DNA of 63,233 bases, the filler included, from Sphacelaria rigidula (lineage: Eukaryota), in assembly GCA_964200075.2 (NCBI GenBank). It is 4 parts of 4 records of this genome, joined end to end, with 100 filler letters (N's around TTAATTAATTAA, not from the genome) between each part and the next. Parts side by side here need not be neighbours in the genome. Positions count along the whole stretch, not along the records: positions 1 to 15,734 come from CAXNAA020001619.1; 3 more parts are not named here. One strand, written 5' to 3'. The stretch's first letter is position 1. Every line of letters starts with the position of its first letter. This document shows, piece after piece, positions 1-11,358 of the stretch. The notes under the pieces were generated by a model. The model saw nothing but the letters and a program-made list of their open reading frames with translations, did not search any database and was not told the DNA's origin. A program made the translations under genes and the position numbers.

Positions 1-933
1 TGCAAGAGAGATATGCCACTTCAGCCTCATATTTTGTATGAACCCCAAAAAATAAAATCGGCTGTTAGTAGTAGGTTGTATTGTAAAGTGTATTATTCGT
101 GTTCAGTCCCAAACCAAGTATCATTCCTCGAAAAGGCGATAAATAATTTGGTGCCACCCCAACTCTGTGCATACCAAAACACCGCATGCAGCACTACAAC
201 TGTTCAGGCACTCTCGAGCGCCCATCGCACCGTGATCGTCGTAGAGTGTGTAGATGCACAACAGCACAGCGACAACTACAGCATATAAATGATGGGTTTG
301 GGAAGCGCCTTGTTTGTTTGACTCGAGGCGAAATAGCCAACACACCATGAAGGTGTCAACAGGAACAGTGTCTAGAGCGCACTACGTGTTGACAGCATGA
401 TTTTTCGAGGAGACGAACGCCACGACAGTAACGAAACAACTCGCGCAGTCAGTCCCAGCGGAGACCAAACCGTCTTCGAAAACGTCTGGAGACACCACCA
501 CAGCGCAGCGACAGGTACAGCACAAGAGACAGCGCATGAGTGTGTTTGTGCTGCAGCAGTGATATAGGACATGCCCCATGCGATAGTTCTTCCCCTGATT
601 TCGAATGAGCTCGATTTTGGCGGGATGGTGGTTTACAAACGCTGGGCCATAATTGTGCTTTTCCTGCGAAGCGCGATCATGCAGCAGCTGGATACTATTA
701 ATTTTGCAACAAGAGAAGTGGCGGCCACGACTGCTGCACTTCGTGTTTTCGTCTTGTGTTCGCAATGAGGGTAAACGTGGGGTGGCACCTCGAGGGCGTG
801 TGCTTCCGTAGTAGTAGTACAGCAGCAGCTAGACACTATTAATTTTGCGACAAGGGAAGCTGATGCATACTGTATACAGTCCGTGTTCAGGTTCTAAAAA
901 CACTGCAGAATTGTGTTGTGTTCGGTGTATTAC

Positions 934-1170
934 CCTGCACTCCATATAGTGGGGTCCCTTTTTGTGCAGTTTTTCGAAAAGTTATGCTTATTTTTTTTCA
1001 AGTATTCTGAAAAAAACGAGACAGTTTTCTGTCACAGAAAACCAATGCCGAATCTGGAATAGCCTGAGACAACAGCCATTTTCAAAATTCGAAGACCAAA
1101 ATCGGGGAGGGGGGGCAACGGGGGTGCATAAATGTCATATTTCGATGCATGTGGACCTCTGGAGTGCAAG
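934..1170. mobile_element. Possible small MITE
   Basis: Imperfect terminal inverted repeats: tgcactcca..ggtcc (~936) and ggacc..tggagtgca (~1153-1168). No clear TSD. Confidence 0.35.
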
Positions 1171-1216
1171 ATCTTCACGAACACTACAACGGTATAGCAC
1201 AGCCAGAAAATGTTAC

Positions 1217-1579
1217 ATGTGTGTTGTGTATGTACTGTCCGATCTATTCTGGACGCCGGTCTACACCTTTCGGTATATGTGGGCGCACCAGCCGGGGTAA
1301 CACCGGAGGAAGGTCAACACGGGAACTTTTTTGTTTTGTTTTGTTTTTAGTATTCCACCTTCCTTCTGCGGTGCTTGCCCTTATTTTTTATCGCGAGAAG
1401 GGTTCAGCAGTGCCTTTCCCTCGTCGACCGTTAAGTCGAACTTTGTGTACCCACGACATGGTCGCTCTCCACTGTTGGGAATGTTTTGAGAAAAAATCTC
1501 AGATCGCTCCGAGATTTGAACCCACGACCCAACCGTCTGAAGGTTTCGAGGTTACCAACTGAGCCACCGGGGCGACCGG
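1217..1579 (-). mobile_element. tRNA-derived SINE, family 1, copy 1
   Basis: On the minus strand it starts ccggtcgccccgg, followed by TGGCTCAGTTGG (A box) and GGTTCAAATC (B box). It has a ~350-nt body and a CA-rich tail, and is homologous to the copies at 46.7, 55.1 and 60.8 kb. Confidence 0.85.
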
Positions 1580-2816
1580 TTCAAATGTGGAAGTTTATAA
1601 TCACACTGCAGTCAGTGCAACCACACTGTACGTGAAGTACACGTGTCACATGTTTTCAGAACTTGAACGAGACTTCAATCACAGCGTACGCCTGACAGAC
1701 TTCACTCCAGCTGAAAATTAGGGATTGGATTCGTACCGGCAAACTCTTGAGTATATTCTTGAAACGAGGGGGGGGGGGGCTGGACTGAGAAACATACCAC
1801 CCATCAGTCAATCGAGGTATTTCTACCAATCAGATCCCTCCGCCGATATTCTTCTACTAATCAGGAAAGTGCGGGCACCCTTTTCCTCTCCGTTTAGTAC
1901 CAAATATAATCCATTGTACAAGGGAGTACATCCATCTACACCACGTATCCGCCATGCCGTCTCAGCACGAGGAGATAAGATACGTGCGTCACCCAAATGA
2001 CAATCACAATCAAACACCCTCCACACACCCATCACATAGCAAATTGAGTTTGATGTGAAAACTCCTATGCCGTGCATCGCCTGGCACTGTATCAATCTTT
2101 CGAAAACTCCCCTATCTCCGAACGTTCGACTATACACATCATCAAGACGCGAAAAACCTGCGGTGTCTCATCACGACGCTAAAGAAAATTATGGCCGATT
2201 CTGTCAAAAGTACCAACGAGGATACTCTGGCAGATCGGTCATTGAAATCAGAGTAAAATGTCACACTCAATAGTTAGTCACCAGATAAAGCTTCAAAATT
2301 CATCAGTCAAAACAAATATGTGCGTATATATCACACCTCACTACCAAGCACACACACGAGGGGAATGTACGTGCTTTATGCTCTATCAGGCCCCAAGCCA
2401 TTCCTACAAGAATTGGTGGTTGCTGACGATCATCCACACATCCAAAATTGCTAACCCTCCCTAATGCCCCTCACCCCTCACTCCTGTTTCCTGGGCGCAA
2501 CTACGTTTCCTCACAGTTGATCCTAAATCACTACATTCCAAAAACTCCATCTATGATGTACAATACCCATACCAGATCTACAGCACAATTCAGCTTGACG
2601 CAGCCACCAATCATCAAAACAGTGGCGCGGAGGCTACAGCCTACGGGCCAGCAAGGTCATTCTTGGATCGTACCGTAGTACATTTGCAATATGGTGGATA
2701 CTAACATATACCATGCGCAGCACCTACCCCTGTCCGCCCTCCTTGCCCTGTTCTCGGGGAGGACATGACTTCGACGGATATTTTGAGTCTTGAAAATCTA
2801 GCTACGTGCCTCCTTG

Positions 2817-5800
2817 TCATGCAGAGGAAGCAGACGACAACAACGGTTGTCTTAGCTCATCTGCAGCCCCAGATTCCCCATCGAACATCTGTGCCGCAGT
2901 CTCCGCCGTCTCACTCGTTTCCCTTTCCACGTGCCTGCTACCACCCCCAGCAGCAGGCGTCGATGCAGCGTTGCCATCATTCGAGCTAAGATGCTGACCA
3001 CCATTATCAAGCGTGCGTTTCGTGCCGTCGAACGATATGGCTTCGGAAAGTGGAGCAGACGTTGGACTGCCTTGTCCTCCCGTCCAGTCACTGTTTGCTA
3101 TGTCTACAGTGAATTCGTCGAAATTATCGTCCTCCTCTGCATTGCTTTTGTCCCCCGCCGGTACTAGGCTATCCGGAGGGTGTGTGGCCGCAGTTTCGAC
3201 CTCAAACCGCGCCTTGTTCAGCTTGCGTAACGGGGACCACGCCGCCTTGGTTTCGAGAGGAGCGAGCACACAGAAAGGCCAGCCAGGGAAGCAAGCCAAA
3301 AATAGGAAAGCTGTCACCGAGGGATCGACAGAGAGGCTAGGGTCGGGGAGAGGTGCAGACTGAGAAAAAAAAATTGCGCTAGATACATTTTCTTGGCTAC
3401 ATGGACACGTGCCATTCAACACCAGGTGCAAGGGGAGAAGTCTGCATGAAAATGACCACGACCTTCGTGCAAGCTGCGGAGGGAACACAACATCCACAAA
3501 ACAGACAAGACAACGACAGGCCACGACCAGCGTTTGTCCTGCAGCACTCGGACAACGAAAACGTATCCGAATTCAGAGTTATCACCGTTCCGCCGAAGCA
3601 GCATTCCCTTTTGTATTTCTACAGTTTCGGAGATGCGCTCTCACACCCACAGCGTCTCTCACCGCTAAGCCCACGAGGCTGATGCCCGCCGCCAGAAAGA
3701 ACGGCACTTGCGGGAACCCAATCGAAGTCCCCACCGCAAAAACCTGCACAAAAATCACAGCAGCACTCCCTTCCGCCACTACTCGCAGGCTCATCACAGC
3801 ACCCTGTGTCGAGCAAGGCGGCAGCAAGTGTGGGAGACACGCCTCCTTTATGTTGTCGTCGCACCCTTCAACCCCTCCTCTTTTTCTCGAAAAAAGCCCG
3901 TGATCTAAAGTGATCAACGTATCTTTTCCCCGGTACACGCACGACATTTTGGCGTCGAGGACTGGATCAGCACCCCCGTACCAGCGTCGACTCTCGTCAA
4001 CTAAACTTTCTTTGCTACCCACGTCTTCCTCGCGGTGTCAAAGACGGGAAACAGACGCTTCTCAGACTTGAAAGTCAAACGCATCTGACGGGATTGACAT
4101 GCCGCAATTTTTGCGCCCTAACTGATTTCAGCTGTGTCAGTCAAGATAGACTACCGGGGCGCAGCGGCATAGTGAGAATGAACTCTCGAGACGACAGAAG
4201 GAAAGCCGGGGAAACAAGCGGCTCAACAGCGACTTGGTCAAGTGGGGGAACGCACCCCCCCCCCCCCCCCCCCAAAAAAAAACGATAACTTTGAATCTTG
4301 AAACATGTGCGTGTTCCGGGCTCTGCCTGGACATGTATGTACAGTATCTTCGATGTGTCTCGACAGAAGCACGCGAAAGACTTCCTCGCATCACTGTGTA
4401 TGCTGTGGTCACCTCGTCTTCAGTATCGCTCCCTGGCTTTGAGTTCGTCAGAAAACATCCGCCCTCCAGCATAACGTTGAGCAACAAGGAACGAGGGCTT
4501 CTCGACTACTACAGACTCTGTCCGCACGGGGCCATAACCAACATCCGTACAAGAACGGCGCACCCGGCATACACGATAGCGGCGGCACAACCTCGCGGGG
4601 GTCTTTGATTCACACTATAGAGATATGACGATCGACCCATCGACGTCCGACGGCTGTCGTGATGCCTCAGGGCAGCCACTCGCATCACATGACTTCCTCT
4701 TTTCCATACGTGGTGCAAAAAAAAAAAACTCCTGTTGGATCACCTGAAGGCTGCCCTGTCTGTCTTCCGAGACGAACTTAGCCATGATAGCTTGTAAGCA
4801 GGGCTCCGTCATGTTTTGCAAAGCCCCGAACGCTAGCGCGGGGTACAGCATCCACCCTTTGAAGCACGCACCGTACGCGGCGCCGGCACACGCCTGAAAT
4901 GAAGGCCCCGGACACATTAAAGTGGTGTTTGGGTGACAGGAAAGCGTGCGCGCGGCGGCGGCGGCGGGGAGGGGAGGGGGGGGTATACTCATGATCATGC
5001 ATACCACAGTCATCTGACCATTGACCTCGCATCCCTACAGTGCCGGGACGGAGCCGGGTTTTCGTCGGACCAGGCTCGCAATCAATCACCAAGCGCGAAA
5101 CGTTGTGGTGTGTTCGGCGAGTCGCATGATGGGTGAGCTGCACCCTGCTAAGATTGTTGGGCCCGAGGCGTACTGGTTATGTTGCATTTGGATGACAATC
5201 TACAGTGAGTTGCGTTTATTTTCTAGTATCGCCACTTCCAGAGACAGCCACGGCCTATACACTGCCTCATGGGTGCCATACCATTGGGAGAGGGGGGATG
5301 TACTCATGGTCATGCCTGCCATAGTCATAAGACAATTGACCTCGCAGGGAGCTTGGGAGAGGCGGGGGGGGGGAGGGGGGGGCAAAAAGTAGAACGAAAA
5401 GCAAGCACAAATTATGCAGAAGAACAGCACAAAGTTTCTCGCGATTAGGATACACACTGCTGCTGAACTACACGGGTGCACGGTACCGTGTCTGCAAACC
5501 GTGATTCCAACGTACCCCATTCCAGTGACGGTCCGGATAAGGAACCGTTTGCGGCGCCGACCAGACGCCGAGTGAAAGACTGCACAGTTCGGACGAATCA
5601 GAGTTCACATGGGTTGAGTTCCCACGAAATGTTGAATGCGAATCATGTGCCAAAGAGCTATGCGGTATGAATCACGGATGGTGAAGTTGTACGCTCAAGG
5701 CCATACCCTACGAATCACGAAGTGGGAATGTGTACACTCCAAGGAGTATCAGATGAATCAAGAGAGCAACATATGTATGAATCGCAATTCTTGAATGAAT

Positions 5801-8800
5801 CATGGGTGGGAAACATGTACGTATGATTCATGCTGCGTTAACCGAAATTGGGATACATGTAAGCTTGATTCACCTCGTATGGATGGAAGGCGGAAAACAT
5901 GTAAGTCTGATTCATGCTTCATGAACGGAAAATGGGAATCATGAACCCGTGATTCACCTCACATGAATGAAAGGTTAAGAACATGTGCTTATGATTCATA
6001 TGCTGCATGGATGAAAGGGATATACATGTGCGCTTGATCCACCTCGTATGAATGGAAGGTGGGAAGCATGTTTGTATAATTCATGTTCACGAACGCTATG
6101 TGGAAAACATGTACATGAATCACGTGATGAATACTGTACGAATCATGGGAAAATAAACAGCTAGAATAATCACTTTAGGCGCACGGATGCGTGCTGTGCC
6201 ATGCTGTACCGTTCTGACCGCGAACTGCAATGTACTGTGCTGGAGTTTTCCCGACACTCCCGCGAGCATGCGAGGACGACTCGTGCTAGTGGGCTAGTGC
6301 TGGTGCTGTGTTCTTGGCAAGTGTTCGTAGTACTGTAAACAGTATGTTCAGGTCAACTGTTCCACAGAACACAACATGAAACCATAAAGGCTGTCAATAG
6401 CATGCATACTCGGGGGAAAAAAACTTGCTAGAAAAACCGCTCTGAGCACGCAGACGCGTGTGTTGTACTATAGTTGATGTGTTACGTATGGGCACCAAAT
6501 TTGAACTTGGGATTGTTACGGATTTGGCTCTTGAGGGGTTCGCGACCTGTACGCTGTTATTTGCCCACTTCACCTGCAAAAGGGCCGCGCCACCGAAAAG
6601 TCGCGCCCAATGAAATGACAGGTGGGAAACAACATGTTCCCAAGATTTATATGAGCATGCACGCATGATTCACGCTCCATAAATGAAAAGTGGGGAACGT
6701 GTACACTTGATCCATCTCGTATGAATGGATGGAGGGGAACATGTACGTATGATTCACGCTCCATAAATGAAAAGTGGGAAACGTGTGCACTTTATCCATC
6801 TCGTATGAATGGATGGAGGGGAACATGTACGTATGATTCATGCTGCATGAAAGGAACGTGGGGACCATGTACGCTTGAGTCACCTCGTATGAACGGAAGG
6901 TGGGACACATGTACTTATGGTTCATTCTGCGTGAACGAAAATTGGGAACCATGTACGCTTGATTCACCTCGTATGAATAGAAGGTGGGGAACGTGTGTCC
7001 ATGATTCATGCTGAATGAGCGAAAATTGGGGAACATGTACCTATGATTCACACCATACGAATGGAAGGTAGGAAACGTGTACCTTCGAAGGTGTACCGCA
7101 CGGATCACGAGCTGGGAACGTGTACACTCGAAGTAGTGCCGTACGAATCACGAACCTAAAATATGTACAAATCACAGCTTGTGTACGAATCGTGTGATTG
7201 GTTCGTCCAAGTGTTGAATATGAGTCGAATCGCGATTTCATTCGTTCAAACCGTGAACGAATGCATAATTGAGGAAGCGTGGCAGCATCCTGTTTCAGTG
7301 ACTTACCAACCAACGGAGGGCTTTTTCGCACGAATCGCGCAGTGACCCATGAGCCACGGCTCCTTTCCGGAGTGCGGCACAACGCCGAAACATTCACGTT
7401 TGTGTGCAGGGCCAAGCGCTTCAAGACTCGAATTTCATAATCCCCCGCGCATATTTTCATGAGCCAGGTCACGAGAGACGGCATCGAGGCGTGGCCTTTT
7501 GCTTGTGTAGTGCGGGTCAACCTCTCGCCCACACACAAGTTTGAAGCTATCTGCCAACCAGATGAGCAGATAATCAAACCTACCTGTAGCGAGGTGCCGA
7601 AGAGACCACCGTTCTCCTCCGTGAGTCTGTGGGGCACCAAAAACCGGGTACCCAACCCGGACGCGAGGCCCATGAAGGCGTTGAACGCGGCGAAAAAGAA
7701 GGATATCTCCAAGGGGGTCCAATCGAAGCGGTAATGCACGTAGTTGTATCCCATCGCGAACACGTTGAGCGACACCACGAAGCAGAAATAGCAGAAGGCC
7801 ACCCGGACTTGCATGCTGTTCAAATTAGTAAAAGAGGGATTCGAGCGGCGGACGAGAGAGGAGTGGGCGAGAAAACGGTGTGCACGGGGATATTATTGCA
7901 TGAGTCAGGAAACGTTACCAAGCCTAGCTACGTTTCAAGCCATAGTGGGCGTCTTGACCACCCGTTAAAACTATCACACAAGCGTAAACAAACATCAGCT
8001 GACCGTTAGCCGTGAGCCAATGGAAGTAATGCAGATAAAAATTCTCCCGCTCCGGGTAATCCACTCTCAATCACGTACGTACCGTATAACGACCACAAAG
8101 AAAAAAAGAACAAGTGAAATAGTTTCTGCACCCGCGACTTCGATGACGAAAGAAACTCTCGGGAAGATACACGTAGAGTAAGTACCCTGATTCTTGTCAG
8201 ACTGTTCTTGCAGTAAGCGCAGTGGTAACCATAATGATTTACCACGCTGATTGAGACAACTGCATAGCATACCTGCTCCCCAGAAGAACCTTGAGAATTG
8301 AGACTCGATCGAACGGCCGCAGCCCAGCGTTCCCCATCCACCGCCGCCTCCGTGTCTCTTCGCCTCCATCGAACACGATACCACTCCCACAACCGTTCCC
8401 TTCCTCCTCATCCACTCGATCGCACCCATTGCGGTCATCATCATTCCCGATCCCACTATCCCTCTGCTGCTGCCGCCGCCGTCTTAGGCCTGGCGCAGTC
8501 TCCTTCCAGCCCAAAAATCGGAGCGACAAGACAGCTAGCAGCATAAACCCCCCGCATATAGCGCACGCGAGAGTCTTCTTGTTCTCGCTCAGGGACCCAC
8601 CGAGGATGTCTCCGACGCACATCGCGAACCCGACGGCGCCAAAGGTTAGGCCAAGGCCATGGGAAGCGGTGTTGCCGATAACGCCGCTGTCCTCCCTTTT
8701 CGAGACAACAGTGTTTCATCAGTGCAGAAGGCTTTGTTTTCAGTGGTTCCGGTTGGGTTCGATGCGGTTGGGTCCATCATGAGCCTCTCAACGCATCAGA

Positions 8801-10765
8801 ACCACTAGTAGAGCAGGTTATCAACGTGCTACAAAAGGCAGGACGAACACATCAAAACGGTGCTTTGTGTTGCTCATGGGGATGAAAAGGTGAACTTGCG
8901 TCGTGTGCCTCCGGGGCGTATGCAGACCCAACCCTGCCTGGAAGCCAACTCTTGTATAGGGGCGTACAGTAGCACTTTTTTTTTTTTTCCTGTTCCTTAT
9001 TTTCTTTAGAGCGTGTTTCAGTTTCGTTTTTCTTGGGTACGTCCATCATGAGACCACGGGGTCAGTGAAAGTGCGACAATCAATCAATCGATCAGTAGCC
9101 GCCGCACCCAGATGATCCAACTGTGACACCATGAGCCAGTCAGGACACAATGGTGTGGATTCGAATCCCGATATAGAACACGGCCTTCCCTAGCAGGCTT
9201 CTGTTTCTGTCGTCGAAAGCGGACTGACGAGAGCAGCAAACAAAATCGACGAGAGTAGCAAAATGACAGAGCGAAGTCCAAGAGAGTCGACAGGTTGCGG
9301 GAATGCTGATCCACTCGTCGATAACGAGATGTCGGGCTGGATACTGGCGGAGAGGTGTGTCGATCCCTTGGGACCACGGACTAGGGGAAGGAGGGGAAGG
9401 AGGGGTAACAAGGACAACAACAAAAAAAAGACAAAACAAGGAAACCCTCACAACGACGAGATGCGAGTTGCATATCAACCTGCCCTTGTCCTTCCCGCTA
9501 GGCAAAACTTGGTGGAGAAGACAAAAAAACGTACTGGAATGCCACCCGTCACCATAAGATGGCGAAAATTGGGATTGCGTTGAGCCATTTCGACCAACAG
9601 CAGGTGGTTATCCAGCGAGTGGTCACCTGGGTCTCATGGGTTACTTTTCGAGTGGAAATGAGCCCAATCCAGAAAGATAACCACCCCTGTCGGTCGAAGG
9701 GTTGGTATTTTTTCCTTGGTTTCCGATCCTCCGGCGAATAAATGAACTCACTCTGAGACATCGATCATGATGGCCTGACTGACCGGGGTGATGACGGTAG
9801 CCAGCCCCGCCACAGCGTGGCATATAACCACCGTGACGAGGCTATCATGAGACACAGCGAACGCGAACATCCCCATCGAATGCAGCAACAGTGCTCCGCC
9901 AATCACCACCCGCCGACCCACTCTATCGCTCATTCCGGCCACGGCGGGAAGAAGGAAAAACTGCAGAACGCTAACGCTTGCTGTCAGCCACTTTTTTTTT
10001 TCAGGGTAGAGGAGTCAAGCACAAGAAATTAGCAGCAAGCATTGCCAGGGGGTATGTGGTCGGGGGGGCACTCATGACTTTGCATGTCGTAGTCATAACA
10101 CCGTTGACCTCGCATCCCTACAAGCTGGGACGGAGCACGCCGCGTTTTTGCCAGACCAGACTCGTAATCGTCAAGCGCCAAGTGCTGTCATATGTTCGGC
10201 AAGTCGCGAGAAGGATGAGCTGCATCCTACTAAGATTGTTCGGCCCGAAGCGGGGAATCCTTCGACACACGGGCAGCAGATGCAACCCTTCTCCTCGGGT
10301 ACGTGAGGATCGTCGCTCATGAGAGACATGACAACAACAGGCAGTTGCGTTGACTCCCTTTGGCCATTCTTGCTCTACTGAGAAATGAAAACTAAGCAGG
10401 GTATCAAAAAAGAGCATCCTTTTGAGGGGGAAAACACTCACGGAGTATGTGGAAACACGCAAAGTACGTTTTTTCCCCCGCACTGCCGGTAATCCAGCTA
10501 GAAAAAAAACACACACACACACACACACAAGGCCTTTGCTCCTCAGACTCGCGATTTTCTTCAACGTCATGGTGATCGGCTAACGTAGATAACGACAGAA
10601 CAGCGGGTACGGTAGCAATTAACTTCAGAGAGGATCTGCCAGCTCGAGAAACAACGGGATCCGCACAATGCAACGCGGCAAAAAGAATATTTGGAAGCAC
10701 TCGTGTCTTACCCCATGAAACCTGGACGCCCGGCTGTCGTTCCCACGATAGTGCTCCAATACCAC
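2817..10765 (-). CDS. MFS transporter, DHA1/TetA/HIAT1(MFSD14)-like; spliced, first exon(s) not identified
   Basis: Phase-compatible AG/GT-bounded exons 10765-10712, 9990-9752, 8686-8273, 7815-7584, 4893-4744, 3803-3663 and 3245-2817 (stop). The product contains MFS motif A (AGMSDRVGRR), 'QAIMIDVS', 'WKETAP', 'YVHYRFDWTP', 'QAIMAKFVSEDRQGSLQGAV' and 'PFFLAAGI', plus multiple hydrophobic helices and an acidic tail. Confidence 0.9.
4970..5390 (+). repeat. Interspersed repeat family headed by G-run + gtactcatgatc (one long copy plus a short tandem head)
   Basis: Shared blocks (tactcatgatc..tgacctcgcatccctac..tgttcggcgagtcgc..tatacactgcctcatgggtg) recur at ~10061, ~15630(-), ~38727, ~47503, ~56725(-) and ~63148. 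Confidence 0.75.
5800..6125. repeat. 42-bp minisatellite array 1 (MFS intron)
   Basis: Degenerate unit tgattca..atgaatggaaggtgggaaacatgtac. Confidence 0.75.
6625..7150. repeat. 42-bp minisatellite array 2, with 84-bp higher-order dimer
   Basis: Units start at 6667, 6709, 6751 and onward. Two variants alternate: gattcacgctccataaatgaaaag and gatccatctcgtatgaatggatgg. Confidence 0.85.
9000..9090 (+). mobile_element. Short retroposon 3'-end fragment with (CAAT)n tail
   Basis: ttgggtacgtccatcatgagaccacgg..gtgcgacaatcaatcaatc; other copies at ~27606(-), ~48017(-), ~54922(-) and ~56565(+). Confidence 0.65.
9140..9405 (+). repeat. Interspersed repeat family 2 (SINE-like), diverged copy
   Basis: Shares tgctgatcc..gatcccttgggaccacggact with the copies at 26.4, 51.9(-) and 56.9 kb. 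Confidence 0.55.
10061..10260 (+). repeat. G-run-headed interspersed repeat copy
   Basis: Matches 4975-5165. Confidence 0.75.
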
Positions 10766-11045
10766 CTGATGCAAGATGGAGGTGTCGAGCAGAATGCGTT
10801 GAGAAAAGGTGGACGTGACGGATGTCACTTGGGTCACTTGAGGGCTACTTTCTCGCAATGAACACCCTCCCTGCTGGACACACTCGCCTTTTCTCGGTGA
10901 ACTGTACAGTGCGAGGTGTCTAGCTTCCCAGACATTACAACTACGTCTATTTCTAAACTAAAAACGGGCTGATTAAACGATCGGGAAGTACCTAGAGGTT
11001 AGACTATCGGGAACTACTTGAAGGTAAACGAATGGGGATTACTCG

Positions 11046-11358
11046 GAGGAGACAGACAGAGACAGAGACAGAGACAGAGAAAAATAAAGACAGACACAGA
11101 CAGACACAAACAGACACAGACACAGACACAGACACAAATACAGACACAGACACAGACACAGACACAGACACAGACAGACACAGACACAGACACAGACACA
11201 GACACAGACACAGACACAGACACAGACACACAGACACACAGACAGACACACAGACAGACACACAGACAGACACACAGACAGACACACAGACACAGATGGA
11301 GAGAGGGAAAGAGCGGGAGGGAGGGAAGGAGGGAGAGGGGGAGGGAGAGGGGGAGAGA
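11046..11358. repeat. Compound microsatellite: (GACAGA)n/(GACACA)n/(CACACAGACAGA)n, then (GGGAGA)n
   Basis: Directly visible in the sequence. Confidence 0.95.

Noticed and set aside
688-862. ~35-bp direct repeat 141 nt apart
   Set aside because: Only two copies and no further structure; probably repeat debris.
6647-7108. 153-aa ORF with 14-aa repeats; possible CRISPR-like array
   Set aside because: A by-product of the 42-bp minisatellite: contiguous degenerate units, no unique spacers and no cas genes.
7584-9990. Bacterial tetA resistance gene or contamination
   Set aside because: The gene is split by spliceosomal introns, so it is a eukaryotic MFS.
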